Assembly (NCBI GenBank): GCA_036783095.1
Contig: DAIPXV010000002.1
Coordinates: 1-44,476 of the forward strand
Source: Candidatus Bipolaricaulota bacterium
Lineage (GTDB): Bacteria > Bipolaricaulota > Bipolaricaulia > RBG-16-55-9 > DRXL01
Direction: 5' to 3'
DNA: 44,476 nt
Below, one piece after another: positions 16,839 to 26,201 of this stretch. Every line of letters starts with the position of its first letter. Within the stretch, counting starts at the first letter, position 1. The position numbers and the translations under genes were made by a program. The notes under the pieces were generated by a model. That model ran no database searches and was not told where the DNA came from. It saw only the letters and a program-made list of their open reading frames with translations.

Positions 16839-17605
16839 TCCGTCTGGAAGACGTGCAGTTAGGGTATAACGGGCGCTTAGTGCTGCGCGATCTCTCTATT
16901 GAGATTGCGCCCGGAGAGGTCTTTGGGCTGGTGGGACCCAACGGCTCGGGGAAGACGACGCTGCTGCGCGCGATCTCCGGGCGGCTCGCTCCCGAATCCG
17001 GCGCGATCTATCTCGATTTTCGCCGTCTCAATGAGCTCTCACCAAGAGAGCTGGCCCGCGAGCTTGCGGCCCTCGAGCAAGAGATCTCGTGCTCGTTCGA
17101 CTTCACCGTCAGAGAGATCGTCGAGCTTGGGCGACTGCCCCATCGGGAGCGCTGGCAGCGGCTCTCTCTAAAAGACTCTGAAATCATAACTCGCGCCCTA
17201 GAGCTCACGAAGACGCTCGAATTCTCTGAGAGAAAGATTCACAGCCTAAGCAGCGGGGAGCGCCAGCGCGTCTGGATCGCGCTCGCGCTGGCCCAGGAGC
17301 CCAAAGTCTTGCTCTTAGACGAGCCCACGGCCCATCTCGATCTCAACTATCAGATTGAGATCATGGAGCTCATTCGCTCTTTAGCTCAGAGAGATCTGAC
17401 GGTGCTCGTCTCGCTACACGATCTCAATCTCGCGCTGCGCTATGCTGATCGTGTCGCGCTCTTGAGCGAAGGGCGCATTCTCGCCGTGGGCGAGCCGGAG
17501 GGCGTCTTGACTGCGGAGTTGATCGAGCGCGTCTTCAGAACGAAAGTTCGCATCATCAACGGGACAGGTGATCTCTATATCGTCCCCGTGAGGAGTCAGC
17601 GATGA
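16835..17605 (+). CDS. ABC transporter ATP-binding protein (FecE/BtuD class)
   Basis: Walker A GPNGSGKTT, signature LSSGERQR, Walker B LLLLDEP. 4-nt overlap with the permease gene. Confidence 0.9.
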   Translation: MIRLEDVQLGYNGRLVLRDLSIEIAPGEVFGLVGPNGSGKTTLLRAISGRLAPESGAIYLDFRRLNELSPRELARELAALEQEISCSFDFTVREIVELGRLPHRERWQRLSLKDSEIITRALELTKTLEFSERKIHSLSSGERQRVWIALALAQEPKVLLLDEPTAHLDLNYQIEIMELIRSLAQRDLTVLVSLHDLNLALRYADRVALLSEGRILAVGEPEGVLTAELIERVFRTKVRIINGTGDLYIVPVRSQR

Positions 17606-18519
17606 GGATCGTCTCGCTTTTACCCAGTGCAACGGAGATCGTCTATGAGCTTGGGCTGGGGGACTCTGTCGTTGGGGTTTCACACGACTGCGACTGGCCC
17701 CCAGAAGTGCTGAAAAAGCCCAAGCTCAGCCAAGCCGTCGTGAACTCAGAGATGCCCAGCGCCGAGATAGACCAGATCGTGCGCGAACGGATTCACAGTG
17801 GCCTGAGCGTCTATCACATAGACGCTGAGCTCTTACAGAAATTAGAGCCCGATATTATCTTGACTCAAGAGCTGTGCGAGGTCTGCGCGCCGTCGTTTGA
17901 CGATGTGCGCCAAGCCGTAAAGCTCTTACACAGCCACCCGCAGATCGTCTCGCTTGAGCCCCACACTCTCGAAGATATTTTTGACAATATCTTGACTGTT
18001 GGGGAAGTGACGGGAAATACGGCGCAAGCCAAAAAGATTGTCACTCAGTTGCGGCGGCGCGTCGCGCGCATCCGGGCGAAGACAGAGTCTCTTGCAGAGC
18101 GTCCTACAGTCTGTTGCATCGAGTGGCTGGAGCCCGTCATGATTGCTGGGCACTGGGTGCCGCAGATGGTCGAGTACGCTGGGGGCGAGGACTGGCTCGG
18201 CGACATTGGCGAGCCTTCATATTCTGTCGAGTGGCCCGAAGTGCGGGAGTATAACCCGGATATTTTGGTGCTGATGCCCTGCGGGTTCTCTATCGAGCGC
18301 ACGCTACGCGAGATGGATCTTCTGACAGAGCGCGAGGGCTGGGACGAGCTGTCGGCCGTGAAGAACGATCGAGTCTTCATCGTTGAGGCATCGGCGTACT
18401 TCAACCGTCCCGGCCCACGCATCGTGACGGGCTTAGAGGTTTTAGCCGAGATCATTCACCCAGAGATTTTCTCTGGTCTGGCGCCGGCAGACTCATTCAT
18501 TCGATGGGAGGGAGCATAA
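17602..18519 (+). CDS. BtuF-like binding-protein homologue without a signal peptide (putative cytoplasmic corrinoid-binding protein)
   Basis: It starts directly with the fold core MRIVSLLPSATEIVYELGLGDSVVGVSH, with no hydrophobic leader. LEPDIILTQELCEVCA is present. 4-nt overlap with the ATPase gene. Confidence 0.65.
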   Translation: MRIVSLLPSATEIVYELGLGDSVVGVSHDCDWPPEVLKKPKLSQAVVNSEMPSAEIDQIVRERIHSGLSVYHIDAELLQKLEPDIILTQELCEVCAPSFDDVRQAVKLLHSHPQIVSLEPHTLEDIFDNILTVGEVTGNTAQAKKIVTQLRRRVARIRAKTESLAERPTVCCIEWLEPVMIAGHWVPQMVEYAGGEDWLGDIGEPSYSVEWPEVREYNPDILVLMPCGFSIERTLREMDLLTEREGWDELSAVKNDRVFIVEASAYFNRPGPRIVTGLEVLAEIIHPEIFSGLAPADSFIRWEGA

Positions 18520-19074
18520 ATGTCGAGCAAAAGCGAGATGGGCTTGGTGCAGATGTGGTGGGGGGACGGCAAGGGCAAGACGACGGCGGCGTTGGGGATG
18601 GCGGTGCGCGCGTTGGGACGGGGGTTTCGCGTCCATCTCATTCAGTTTCTCAAAGGGGGCATCAAGGGCGTCGAGGCATTTGAGGAGTATGGCGAGTTGA
18701 AGGCTCTCAAGCGCTTTGAGAACTTTTCGTTTGAGCGCTACGGGATGCCCGAATGGCTCATCGGCAAACCCACCGAAGGGCACATTGAGGCCGGGCGCCA
18801 AGCATTAGCAGCCACAGCGCGCGCTCTCTCTTCGGGGCGGTACGATATGGTCATCGTTGACGAATGTCTCTATGCGGTGCAGATGGGCGTGATTTCGTCT
18901 GAAGACTTGATTCGCGTAGTAAAGGGCAAAGCGCCTCACACCGAGTGCGTGCTGACGGGGAGCCACAAGAGGCTTCCTGAGATCGAAGCGATCGCGGACT
19001 TAGTGTCGGAAGTGCGCAAGATCAAGCACCCCTTTGATCGCGGGATCAAGGCACGTCTGGGCACGGAATTCTAA
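18520..19074 (+). CDS. cobO: cob(I)yrinic acid a,c-diamide / cob(I)alamin adenosyltransferase (CobA/CobO/BtuR type)
   Basis: GLVQMWWGDGKGKTTAALGMAVRALGRGFRVHLIQFLKG and DMVIVDE match the family signature. Confidence 0.9.
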   Translation: MSSKSEMGLVQMWWGDGKGKTTAALGMAVRALGRGFRVHLIQFLKGGIKGVEAFEEYGELKALKRFENFSFERYGMPEWLIGKPTEGHIEAGRQALAATARALSSGRYDMVIVDECLYAVQMGVISSEDLIRVVKGKAPHTECVLTGSHKRLPEIEAIADLVSEVRKIKHPFDRGIKARLGTEF

Positions 19075-19100
19075 GTTGGCCTTCTTCTGTCATGCTCTCG

Positions 19101-20477
19101 TTACCTCCTAAACCCTGGCGGCCAGGGGTAGTCCGCGGGACAGAGGTCGCCTTTATTATTTTCGTAGAAGCTGTTCCCGTTCCCTGTTATCTCTAGATCA
19201 GTGAAAAAATATTCATCACCCATAAAGCGGACATTGCACTGATCTGGTTGGCTGCCCCATCCCGGGATCAGATTTAAAGCCAGCCCCCAAGCTTCGTTAT
19301 GCTCGATCCGGTTCTCACTGATCTCTATCGTGAGCGGCTCTTTCAAATCCCTCTGTTTGAGTGACGTATAGAGGAGAACTCCATTGCCAAAAAGCGATAA
19401 GTCCGCTGGAGTTAGCACCCCAAGGTATTGCTTGCGCTGTTGGGCGATCCAGTTCTTAAGCAAGTGTACTCGTCTACCCTCAACATCCTCAACATTGATG
19501 ATATACGCTTTGATGCCTACACCTCCACCAACAATAGTGTTGCCTTCAATAAGCCAATCTACCGTTCCACCTTTAATCAGAGTAAGAGATACTTCTGGCA
19601 TTTCATTGATGAGGAGATTATGGTTATTGTTGAAGAGCCAGTTGTCTCGGATGGTTACTTGTGTCCCTTTGAGCCCTTGGAACACCACCAGGCCGCTATC
19701 ACACAATGCCACGAAATTTCGAGCGATCTCCGCTTGACCACCCACTCCAAAGGCCATCCCCACAGAATGAGCTGCTGGAGGGAATTCTGGATCACAGATC
19801 ACGGTGTTATCGTGGGCAAGGATTCGTAGACTATTTATGAGAAAGGTCTCATATATACTGATACCAGCACCATGGGTGAAGCGGTTGCGCTCAAGAATGA
19901 CCTCACCTATCCATTCTCCTCTACGGGCTACAAAGATGAAGGCGTAGTTGCGCTCAAAGAGGCTGTCTCGAATTTCAAGTCGCTCTAACAAGTCAGCAGC
20001 GAAAATACCCCATATCAAGCTAACCCAAGCGGACTGCTCTAGGACTAAGCTGGCACGGCTGAGCACTTTTATGCCGATGCTCTGGCCGAGAATACCCTTG
20101 TAGGATTGCGAACCTACGGTGAGCTGACGCACGCGCAAAGTAACTGTGCGTTCTGGAGCTTGCACCGTTAATGCTGGATTCGGCTCGTCCAAAGGGGATG
20201 GCGGCTTAGGAGGTTCGAGAATTGTAACTCCCATGCCGCTTCCCTCCAAGGTCAGGCTCTTGGTAATAGTGACCTGCTCTACATACGTGCCTGGCCCAAT
20301 CAAGATAGTTGCTCCCTCTGGTGCAGCATTCACAGCAGCCTGGATGGTCGAGTAGTCCTGGGGCACACGGAGGACGAGAGGCTGCAACCCTGCCAAAGGC
20401 TGCATGAGAACCACCAACAACAGCACCCCGCATAAGGACGCGTAGCCTGCTATTCGGAGGTAATTCCCTGCAGTCAT
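19101..20477 (-). CDS. membrane-anchored/secreted right-handed parallel beta-helix repeat protein
   Basis: 458-aa ORF with an N-terminal hydrophobic anchor, the STIQAAVNAAPEGATILIGPGTYVEQVTITKSLTLEG module, and repeated N/G/I-rich coils. GC is lower than in the neighbours: line 19501-19560 has 25/60 G+C. Confidence 0.68.
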   Translation of the reverse strand: MTAGNYLRIAGYASLCGVLLLVVLMQPLAGLQPLVLRVPQDYSTIQAAVNAAPEGATILIGPGTYVEQVTITKSLTLEGSGMGVTILEPPKPPSPLDEPNPALTVQAPERTVTLRVRQLTVGSQSYKGILGQSIGIKVLSRASLVLEQSAWVSLIWGIFAADLLERLEIRDSLFERNYAFIFVARRGEWIGEVILERNRFTHGAGISIYETFLINSLRILAHDNTVICDPEFPPAAHSVGMAFGVGGQAEIARNFVALCDSGLVVFQGLKGTQVTIRDNWLFNNNHNLLINEMPEVSLTLIKGGTVDWLIEGNTIVGGGVGIKAYIINVEDVEGRRVHLLKNWIAQQRKQYLGVLTPADLSLFGNGVLLYTSLKQRDLKEPLTIEISENRIEHNEAWGLALNLIPGWGSQPDQCNVRFMGDEYFFTDLEITGNGNSFYENNKGDLCPADYPWPPGFRR

Positions 20478-20788
20478 ATCTTCATATCCCCCTTCGCTTT
20501 ATAAACATAGTCGTAAAGTACATTATAAGCTGCTCCAGCGACCATTTCGAATGCAGAGTGATGCCCATGCGCGCCACGATTTCCCTGGCTTCGGCTGAGA
20601 GATCCTTTATTGGGTTATCACCCTTTATATGACACAAACTGACGGCAGCAGTCAAGAGGGCGAAAAAAATCCCGTGCAGATCAGTGCCTGGGTTTATACC
20701 AAGATCGTGAGCGAGGGCTTGAGGCCGGTGTGCAGCGAGTCAAGCATCAATACTAACGCCTCGAGATTGGACTTCTTCCGGGCAAATT

Positions 20789-20797
20789 TGCTATGAT
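20789..20797 (+). promoter_or_regulatory. extended -10 element TGcTATGAT, 6 nt upstream of the coaD ATG
   Basis: TG at 20789-20790 and TATGAT at 20792-20797. The ATG is at 20804 and no SD lies between. Confidence 0.4.
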
Positions 20798-20803
20798 AAA
20801 ACT

Positions 20804-21301
20804 ATGACCAAAGCACTCTACCCCGGTAGCTTCGATCCCATCACCTACGGACACATTGATATTATTAAGCGCGCCAAAAAGATCTTCGACGAGCTCATCG
20901 TCGCCGTGATGAGAAACCCCAATAAACCCATGCTCTTCTCGCTCGAGGAGCGCTATCAGCTCGTCAAAGAAGCCCTCCGCGAAGTGGGCCTTGACGACGA
21001 GATCACCGTGATTGCCCACGATGGGTTATTAGTAGACCTCGCACGACAGCTGGGCGTCCACGCCGTCGTGAGAGGGCTCCGGGCGAGCACGGACTTCGAG
21101 TATGAGTTTCAGTTGGCTCTCACCAACCGGGACTTAGACCCAGAATTTGAGAGCGTCTATCTCATGACCAGCCGAGATTTCTCGTTCATCAGCTCGAGCA
21201 TCGTGCGCCAAGTCAAAAGCTACGGGGGAGACGTCTCACGCTTCGTCCCCAAGTGCGTCGAGCGCGCTCTTACAGAGAAGCTCTCTAAAAGCGCACCGTA
21301 A
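20804..21301 (+). CDS. coaD: phosphopantetheine adenylyltransferase
   Basis: KALYPGSFDPITYGHIDIIKRA, plus ...RGLRASTDFEYE...SSSIVR. Confidence 0.95.
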   Translation: MTKALYPGSFDPITYGHIDIIKRAKKIFDELIVAVMRNPNKPMLFSLEERYQLVKEALREVGLDDEITVIAHDGLLVDLARQLGVHAVVRGLRASTDFEYEFQLALTNRDLDPEFESVYLMTSRDFSFISSSIVRQVKSYGGDVSRFVPKCVERALTEKLSKSAP

Positions 21302-21899
21302 ACAGCGGCGCTTGCCACGACACCTCAGGGATCTGCAAGCTCGGCGGCACGACCGAGTTGAACATCACCGTGCCGAAGAACGCCGCATAGAGAATGGGTA
21401 GGAAGACGCGAGTGATCGTGTAGATATCTTTGATCTCATCACGAAGATCCCAACCAAAATTGTCCATCAAGAACTCTGAGACCTTGACGATGCCCGCGGC
21501 GTTGAGCCACCCCGCCCATGACCCTACCATAGCAAAAAGATACGTTACGACACAATAATGCGTTACGATGCAATCAATCGGGCTCTTGAGGACGCCTCGC
21601 CACACACCTGCAGCAATGATCCCGACACTGGCGCCCACCGGAAGCGTAATCGTATAGATCACAAATTGCATCGCCGCAAAGCCCAAGCCTTGACAGAGCT
21701 CGGGATTAGGAGCCTCACGACAGAAAGTCGTCACATAGACGAGCTCGACGGTCGGCCCTCCAAGAAAGCCCCCCAGCAGCCCAAATGTGAACTCCTCCAT
21801 GAAGAAATCACTTGGCCGAGCCTGCCCCCATACATCCCCCGCGCCCCAGAACACCCCCAGCACCACGCACGCCACTAGAAAGAATCTCTTCATAGACAC
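21285..21899 (-). CDS. hypothetical secreted/membrane protein (paralogue of 957..1640)
   Basis: 204-aa ORF with a signal-like N-terminus, Gly-rich hydrophobic segments and a Cys pair. C-terminus is APLFTVRF. Its 3' end overlaps the coaD 3' end by 17 nt. Confidence 0.55.
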   Translation of the reverse strand: MSMKRFFLVACVVLGVFWGAGDVWGQARPSDFFMEEFTFGLLGGFLGGPTVELVYVTTFCREAPNPELCQGLGFAAMQFVIYTITLPVGASVGIIAAGVWRGVLKSPIDCIVTHYCVVTYLFAMVGSWAGWLNAAGIVKVSEFLMDNFGWDLRDEIKDIYTITRVFLPILYAAFFGTVMFNSVVPPSLQIPEVSWQAPLFTVRF

Positions 21900-21926
21900 T
21901 GTAGTTGTACCACCAACGAGCGCATC

Positions 21927-21955
21927 TTGTCAAATATTGTAGACTTCGTTATACT
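21927..21955 (+). promoter_or_regulatory. candidate promoter TTGTCA-17-TATACT, 6 nt upstream of the GTG at 21962
   Basis: Hexamers at 21927-21932 and 21950-21955. The -35 overlaps, on the other strand, a TTGACA (21933-21928) that faces the divergent gene 21899..21285. Confidence 0.45.
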
Positions 21956-21961
21956 GCGAGC

Positions 21962-22321
21962 GTGGATCGCGCAGCATTTGAGAGGCTCGTCTGGCAAGCT
22001 GTGGAGAGCTTACCACGATTCTTTAAAGAGCGCCTCCAGAACGTCATGATCGTCATCGAAGACGAACCCGATCCCCCTGATGGTTCTCTCTTAGGGCTCT
22101 ATCAGGGTGTTCCGTTGACCGAGCGCTCGGTCTTCTCTGACCATATCGAGCCCGATATCATCTATATCTTTCAGAAGAACATCGAAGCCGTTGCCCACAA
22201 CGATCCTCAAGAGATTCGCCGCCAGGTGCGCATCACGGTCATGCACGAAATAGGGCACTACTTCGGCCTCGACGAAGAGCAATTAGCCGCCCTCGAGGAT
22301 GAGCCTCCCGCTCGGCTATAG
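21962..22321 (+). CDS. small zinc metallopeptidase-like protein (zincin fold, HExxH)
   Basis: VDRAAFERLVWQAVESLPRFFKERLQNVMIVIEDEP ... VMHEIGHYFGLDEEQL. I chose the GTG at 21962 from the family-typical N-terminus and the promoter geometry. The tracked ORF starts at a TTG at 21905. Confidence 0.78.
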   Translation: MDRAAFERLVWQAVESLPRFFKERLQNVMIVIEDEPDPPDGSLLGLYQGVPLTERSVFSDHIEPDIIYIFQKNIEAVAHNDPQEIRRQVRITVMHEIGHYFGLDEEQLAALEDEPPARL

Positions 22322-23114
22322 CGGGCTGGAGGTCAAAGAGCTCATTGCGCCGCACATAGCTCACTAAGTGATCTTCGATATATTGCGTTTGGGTGCGATA
22401 GCATCGGATTGCCTGGTATTTGCGTTCGATCTGATGGGGGCGCAGCTCGTGCGCGAGCCAGTGGGCATGGGCTCTCAGAGAACGCGGGGGCACCAAGGGC
22501 TTGTCAAAGCATCTCCCCAGAGGAAACGGCCATGCCCCATAGTGAATGAGATAGTGCCGGAGCTGGGGAGCAAGTCCGAGCTTGTGTAACGCCGCACGCG
22601 CGAAGAGATAGACCGCATGGTGATCGCCGTGGCGATCCCGCGGATGGGGAAGATAGATGAGTTGAGGACGTTCTCGAATGAAGATCTCTGCGAGATCCGT
22701 TAGGAGGGCCTCGCGGGTGTAGGGAGCTCCGGGCCGATAGGCCCACTCATACGGGACAGCGCAGACTTTCGTGTAGCGCGACCTGTAGGGGCTTTCAGAG
22801 AGATGCGCCAACCCCCGATCGGGATACCCTAAAGCGATGATGCGCTTCTCGTGCACCCCAAGAATTCGTAATGCATCTAGAGACTCGCCATAGCGCCGCT
22901 CCCCCAACCGCAAGAAGTGTCTCGGGGGCAGGAGCAGCCCACGGCGCTGCCCGTCCCCACACGTCACGAGCAGAACTTTGACGACGTGCCCCTTGCGCAA
23001 ATGCTCTTGGATGACTCCCCCTGTCGCTAGCACTTCGTCGTCAGGATGGGGAGCGATCACCAAAATGCGCGGGGCCCGCTTCTTAGAGGACAGCGACATG
23101 GCGTGGCAAGGCAA
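22239..23114 (-). CDS. PIG-L/LmbE family deacetylase
   Basis: ILVIAPHPDDEVLATGG, and later HGDHH. The domain seems to end near ...VRRNELF. The last ~26 codons are an Arg-rich tail antisense to the 3' end of 21962..22321. Confidence 0.82.
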   Translation of the reverse strand: MPCHAMSLSSKKRAPRILVIAPHPDDEVLATGGVIQEHLRKGHVVKVLLVTCGDGQRRGLLLPPRHFLRLGERRYGESLDALRILGVHEKRIIALGYPDRGLAHLSESPYRSRYTKVCAVPYEWAYRPGAPYTREALLTDLAEIFIRERPQLIYLPHPRDRHGDHHAVYLFARAALHKLGLAPQLRHYLIHYGAWPFPLGRCFDKPLVPPRSLRAHAHWLAHELRPHQIERKYQAIRCYRTQTQYIEDHLVSYVRRNELFDLQPAIAEREAHPRGRLIALRRGRSSALFRA

Positions 23115-25461
23115 TCTCTAAGACTTGAGAGATCTCTTCGACGAACTCAAAGCGCAGCGCTTCCTTGACGTTCTGCGGAAGCTCTTCTAAGTCTTTCTCG
23201 TTGCGCTTAGGCAAGATCACCGTCTTGATGCCCGCGCGATGGGCCGCTAAGACTTTCTCGCGAATCCCTCCCACGGGAAGGACCTTGCCGCGCAACGTGA
23301 TCTCGCCAGTCATCGCCAGATCGGGCTGAATCGGGGTATCTGTCAGAAGCGAAGCTAATGCCGTCACGATCGTCACCCCGGCCGAGGGCCCATCTTTGGG
23401 GATCGCCCCTTCAGGCACGTGGATGTGTATATCGTAATGGGAGAAGAAATCCGGATCGATCCCAAACTGCTCAGCGTTGGCGCGGATGTAGCTGAGGGCC
23501 GCTTGGGCGGATTCGCGCATCACTTCCCCAAGCTGCCCAGTGAGCTTCAGCTCACCCTTGCCCTTCATCTTCGTCGCCTCGATGAAGACGATATCGCCCC
23601 CAACTTGGGTGACGACCAGCCCGATAGCCACACCCGACTTGGTGAGGCGCTCGGAGACCTCGGAGAAGTAGCGTGGCGGCCCCAAGAGCTTGCTCAGATC
23701 TTGAGCTTGGATAAAGCGCTTCGAGCGATCTTTCTTCTCCGCAACCTGGACGGCGATCTTGCGGCAGACGGCACCGATCTCCCGTTCGAGATTGCGCACC
23801 CCGGCCTCGTGCGTATAGTCTCGAATGATCTGGCGCAGCGCCTCATTGCTGAACTCCACTTGATGAACCCGCAAGCCGTGCGCCTTGATCTGCTTGGGGA
23901 TGAGATATCTCTGCGCGATCTGCACTTTCTCATCTTCAGAATACCCTGGGAGCTCCAGCACCTCCATGCGGTCGAGCAGCGGCGCGGGGATCGTATAGAG
24001 CACATTCGCTGTCGTAATGAAGAGGACGCGCGACAGATCGAACGGCACATCCAGATAGTGATCGGTGAAGTTGCTGTTCTGTTCAGGGTCGAGAACTTCT
24101 AAGAGGGCTGCAGCGGGGTCGCCGCGGAAGTCACTGCTCATCTTATCGATCTCATCGAGCATGAAGACGGGGTTCTTCGAGCCCGCCCTTCGCAGCCCTT
24201 GGATAATTCGACCGGGCAGCGCTCCCACGTAGGTGCGCCGGTGCCCGCGGATCTCGGCCTCGTCGCGCACGCCCCCAAGCGAGATGCGCACGAACTTTCT
24301 CCCCAACGCCCGGGCGATCGAGCGCCCCAGCGACGTCTTGCCCACCCCCGGCGGCCCCACCAGACAGAGAATTGGGCCTTTCATATCTTTCTTGAGCTTG
24401 AGGACTGCTAAGTACTCCAAGACGCGCTCTTTCACTTTCTCCAAGTCATAGTGATCTTCGTCGAGGATCTGGCGGGCCCGCGCGATGTCCAGCATATCTT
24501 TGGTGGTCTTGGACCACGGCAGCGCGATCAGCCAATCCAGATACGTGCGCGAGACCGTGTATTCGGCCGAGCTGGGGTGCATCTGCGCGAGGCGCTCCAG
24601 CTCCCGGAGGGCCTCTTTCTCGACATCCTTGGGCATCTTGGCGCGCTTGATCTTAAGGCGCAATTCTTCGATCTCCGGGCCCTCTTCCTCGCCGAGCTCT
24701 TTCTTAATCGCTTCGAGCTGCTCGCGCAGGATGCGCTCTCGGGTAGACCGCCCGATCTCTTCTTGGACGCGGGTGTGGATGCGCGAGCCCACTTCGAGAA
24801 TTTCGTTCTCTTCTTCGAGCAAGCGCAAGACGAGCGTGAGGCGCTCCTTGACGTTGAGGGTTTCTAGTACTTGTTGCTTGGCCTCGGCTTCAATATCAAG
24901 ATTAGCCGCGATGAAGTCAGCCAACTGCCCTGGATCGGTCAGGCTTGAAGCCATGGTGTGGATCTCCATCTGGGGGTTGGGCAAGAGGGAGAGCATCTTC
25001 TGGAAGAGCGCGGTCACTTGCTTGCTGAGCGCCTCCGTCTCGATGTCTTTCTCCACAATAGATTCTAAAGGCTGAATCTTCGCCATCAGGTAGGGGGTCT
25101 CATGAGTAAACATCTCGACGGCGAAGCGACTGAGCCCCTGGACCCAGATCAAGAGGGCATTGTTGGGAGTCTTGGTCACGCGGGCGATCCGACAGATCGT
25201 GCCAACGTGATAGACATCGCTGGGAGAAGGATGCTCAATATTGGGATCGCGCTGAGTCAAGACCCCGATAATCTTCGTACTGGCCAACGCATCCTCGATC
25301 AATTTGATGGAGCTTTCGCGCCCTACGGCCAGGGGCAAGACAGAGTGCGGGAAGACGACAGTATTCTTCAGCGGTAATATCGCGATGATCTCGGGAAAGT
25401 TCGCCTTCTCCGCCAATTCAAACCCTGTCGCGCTCAGTATGGGAGAATCCACGAAGGGCAC
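23083..25461 (-). CDS. lon: ATP-dependent protease La
   Basis: 792-aa ORF. It has the LON N-domain, the Walker [23 protein letters not shown], and the protease Ser in [16 protein letters not shown] second GTG at 25452 is an alternative start. Confidence 0.97.
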   Translation of the reverse strand: MPFVDSPILSATGFELAEKANFPEIIAILPLKNTVVFPHSVLPLAVGRESSIKLIEDALASTKIIGVLTQRDPNIEHPSPSDVYHVGTICRIARVTKTPNNALLIWVQGLSRFAVEMFTHETPYLMAKIQPLESIVEKDIETEALSKQVTALFQKMLSLLPNPQMEIHTMASSLTDPGQLADFIAANLDIEAEAKQQVLETLNVKERLTLVLRLLEEENEILEVGSRIHTRVQEEIGRSTRERILREQLEAIKKELGEEEGPEIEELRLKIKRAKMPKDVEKEALRELERLAQMHPSSAEYTVSRTYLDWLIALPWSKTTKDMLDIARARQILDEDHYDLEKVKERVLEYLAVLKLKKDMKGPILCLVGPPGVGKTSLGRSIARALGRKFVRISLGGVRDEAEIRGHRRTYVGALPGRIIQGLRRAGSKNPVFMLDEIDKMSSDFRGDPAAALLEVLDPEQNSNFTDHYLDVPFDLSRVLFITTANVLYTIPAPLLDRMEVLELPGYSEDEKVQIAQRYLIPKQIKAHGLRVHQVEFSNEALRQIIRDYTHEAGVRNLEREIGAVCRKIAVQVAEKKDRSKRFIQAQDLSKLLGPPRYFSEVSERLTKSGVAIGLVVTQVGGDIVFIEATKMKGKGELKLTGQLGEVMRESAQAALSYIRANAEQFGIDPDFFSHYDIHIHVPEGAIPKDGPSAGVTIVTALASLLTDTPIQPDLAMTGEITLRGKVLPVGGIREKVLAAHRAGIKTVILPKRNEKDLEELPQNVKEALRFEFVEEISQVLEIALPRHVAVL

Positions 25462-25484
25462 CTACCTTTCTGAGTCACAGAGAG

Positions 25485-25513
25485 ATTGTACTTTCAGCGT
25501 GAGGCCCTGTCAA
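25485..25513 (-). promoter_or_regulatory. candidate lon promoter TTGACA-17-TACAAT
   Basis: On the minus strand, TTGACA is at 25513-25508, followed by a 17-nt spacer and TACAAT at 25490-25485. Confidence 0.55.
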
Positions 25514-25553
25514 GAGACCCCTTGTCAGGAGCGCCCCAACCCAGTATAAAAGA

Positions 25554-26201
25554 GTGATCGTTATGCAAACGCTCTCCACAGAGACGATCGTCGCCCTGCT
25601 CACGTTCTTTGGGTGCTTTTACGGCTATCACTTTGTCTATTTTTATCTCTCGCGCCGGCATGCGCACGCCACACGCAAGGGCCGGATGCGCCAGGCCGTC
25701 GCCGGCGCTCTCGCCCAAGCCATTGAAGAGGGCGATTATCTGCTCGTCGTGCACCAGTTGCGCAATATTATTATGTCCGTGACGTTCTTAGCGTCAGCGA
25801 GCGTGCTGCTCTTGAGCTTCATTATCGGCTTTAGCGGCGTCTGGGAAGCGATCATCGAATTGCCACAACTTCCGAGCCGCGGGCTGCGCCCACACGATTA
25901 CCCCATCTGGACGATCATCTTTACGCTCGCCGTCTCGTTCTTCAGCTTCCTGACGGCGCTGAGATATTTCAATCTCTTAACGACGCTCATCAACGCCCCA
26001 CCCACAGCCCTCCACGAGATGGAGGGCACCGAGCCTTCGCAATATTTAACAGATCTGTTCATGCGCGGCAGCGACAGCTATACTCTCGGCCGCCGGGGGT
26101 TTATCTACAGCGTCGTAGCATCCGTGTGGTTTTTTAACGTCTGGGTCTTTATTGCCGTGACGGTGCTCGTCACCGTGTGGGTGGCGATCTTCGATCGCTA
26201 G
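25554..26201 (+). CDS. hypothetical integral membrane protein
   Basis: 215-aa ORF with about 4 hydrophobic helices and no motif I can name with confidence. It is preceded by TTGTCA-17-TATAAA (25522-25550). The start could be the GTG at 25554 or the ATG at 25563. Confidence 0.5.
   Translation: MIVMQTLSTETIVALLTFFGCFYGYHFVYFYLSRRHAHATRKGRMRQAVAGALAQAIEEGDYLLVVHQLRNIIMSVTFLASASVLLLSFIIGFSGVWEAIIELPQLPSRGLRPHDYPIWTIIFTLAVSFFSFLTALRYFNLLTTLINAPPTALHEMEGTEPSQYLTDLFMRGSDSYTLGRRGFIYSVVASVWFFNVWVFIAVTVLVTVWVAIFDR

Noticed and set aside
20478-20803. Possible riboswitch or structured leader upstream of the beta-helix gene
   Set aside because: I could not match it to any riboswitch class I know (no GEMM, SAM, purine, glycine, preQ1 or TPP signatures). 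It is kept only as an unexplained long gap in the findings.
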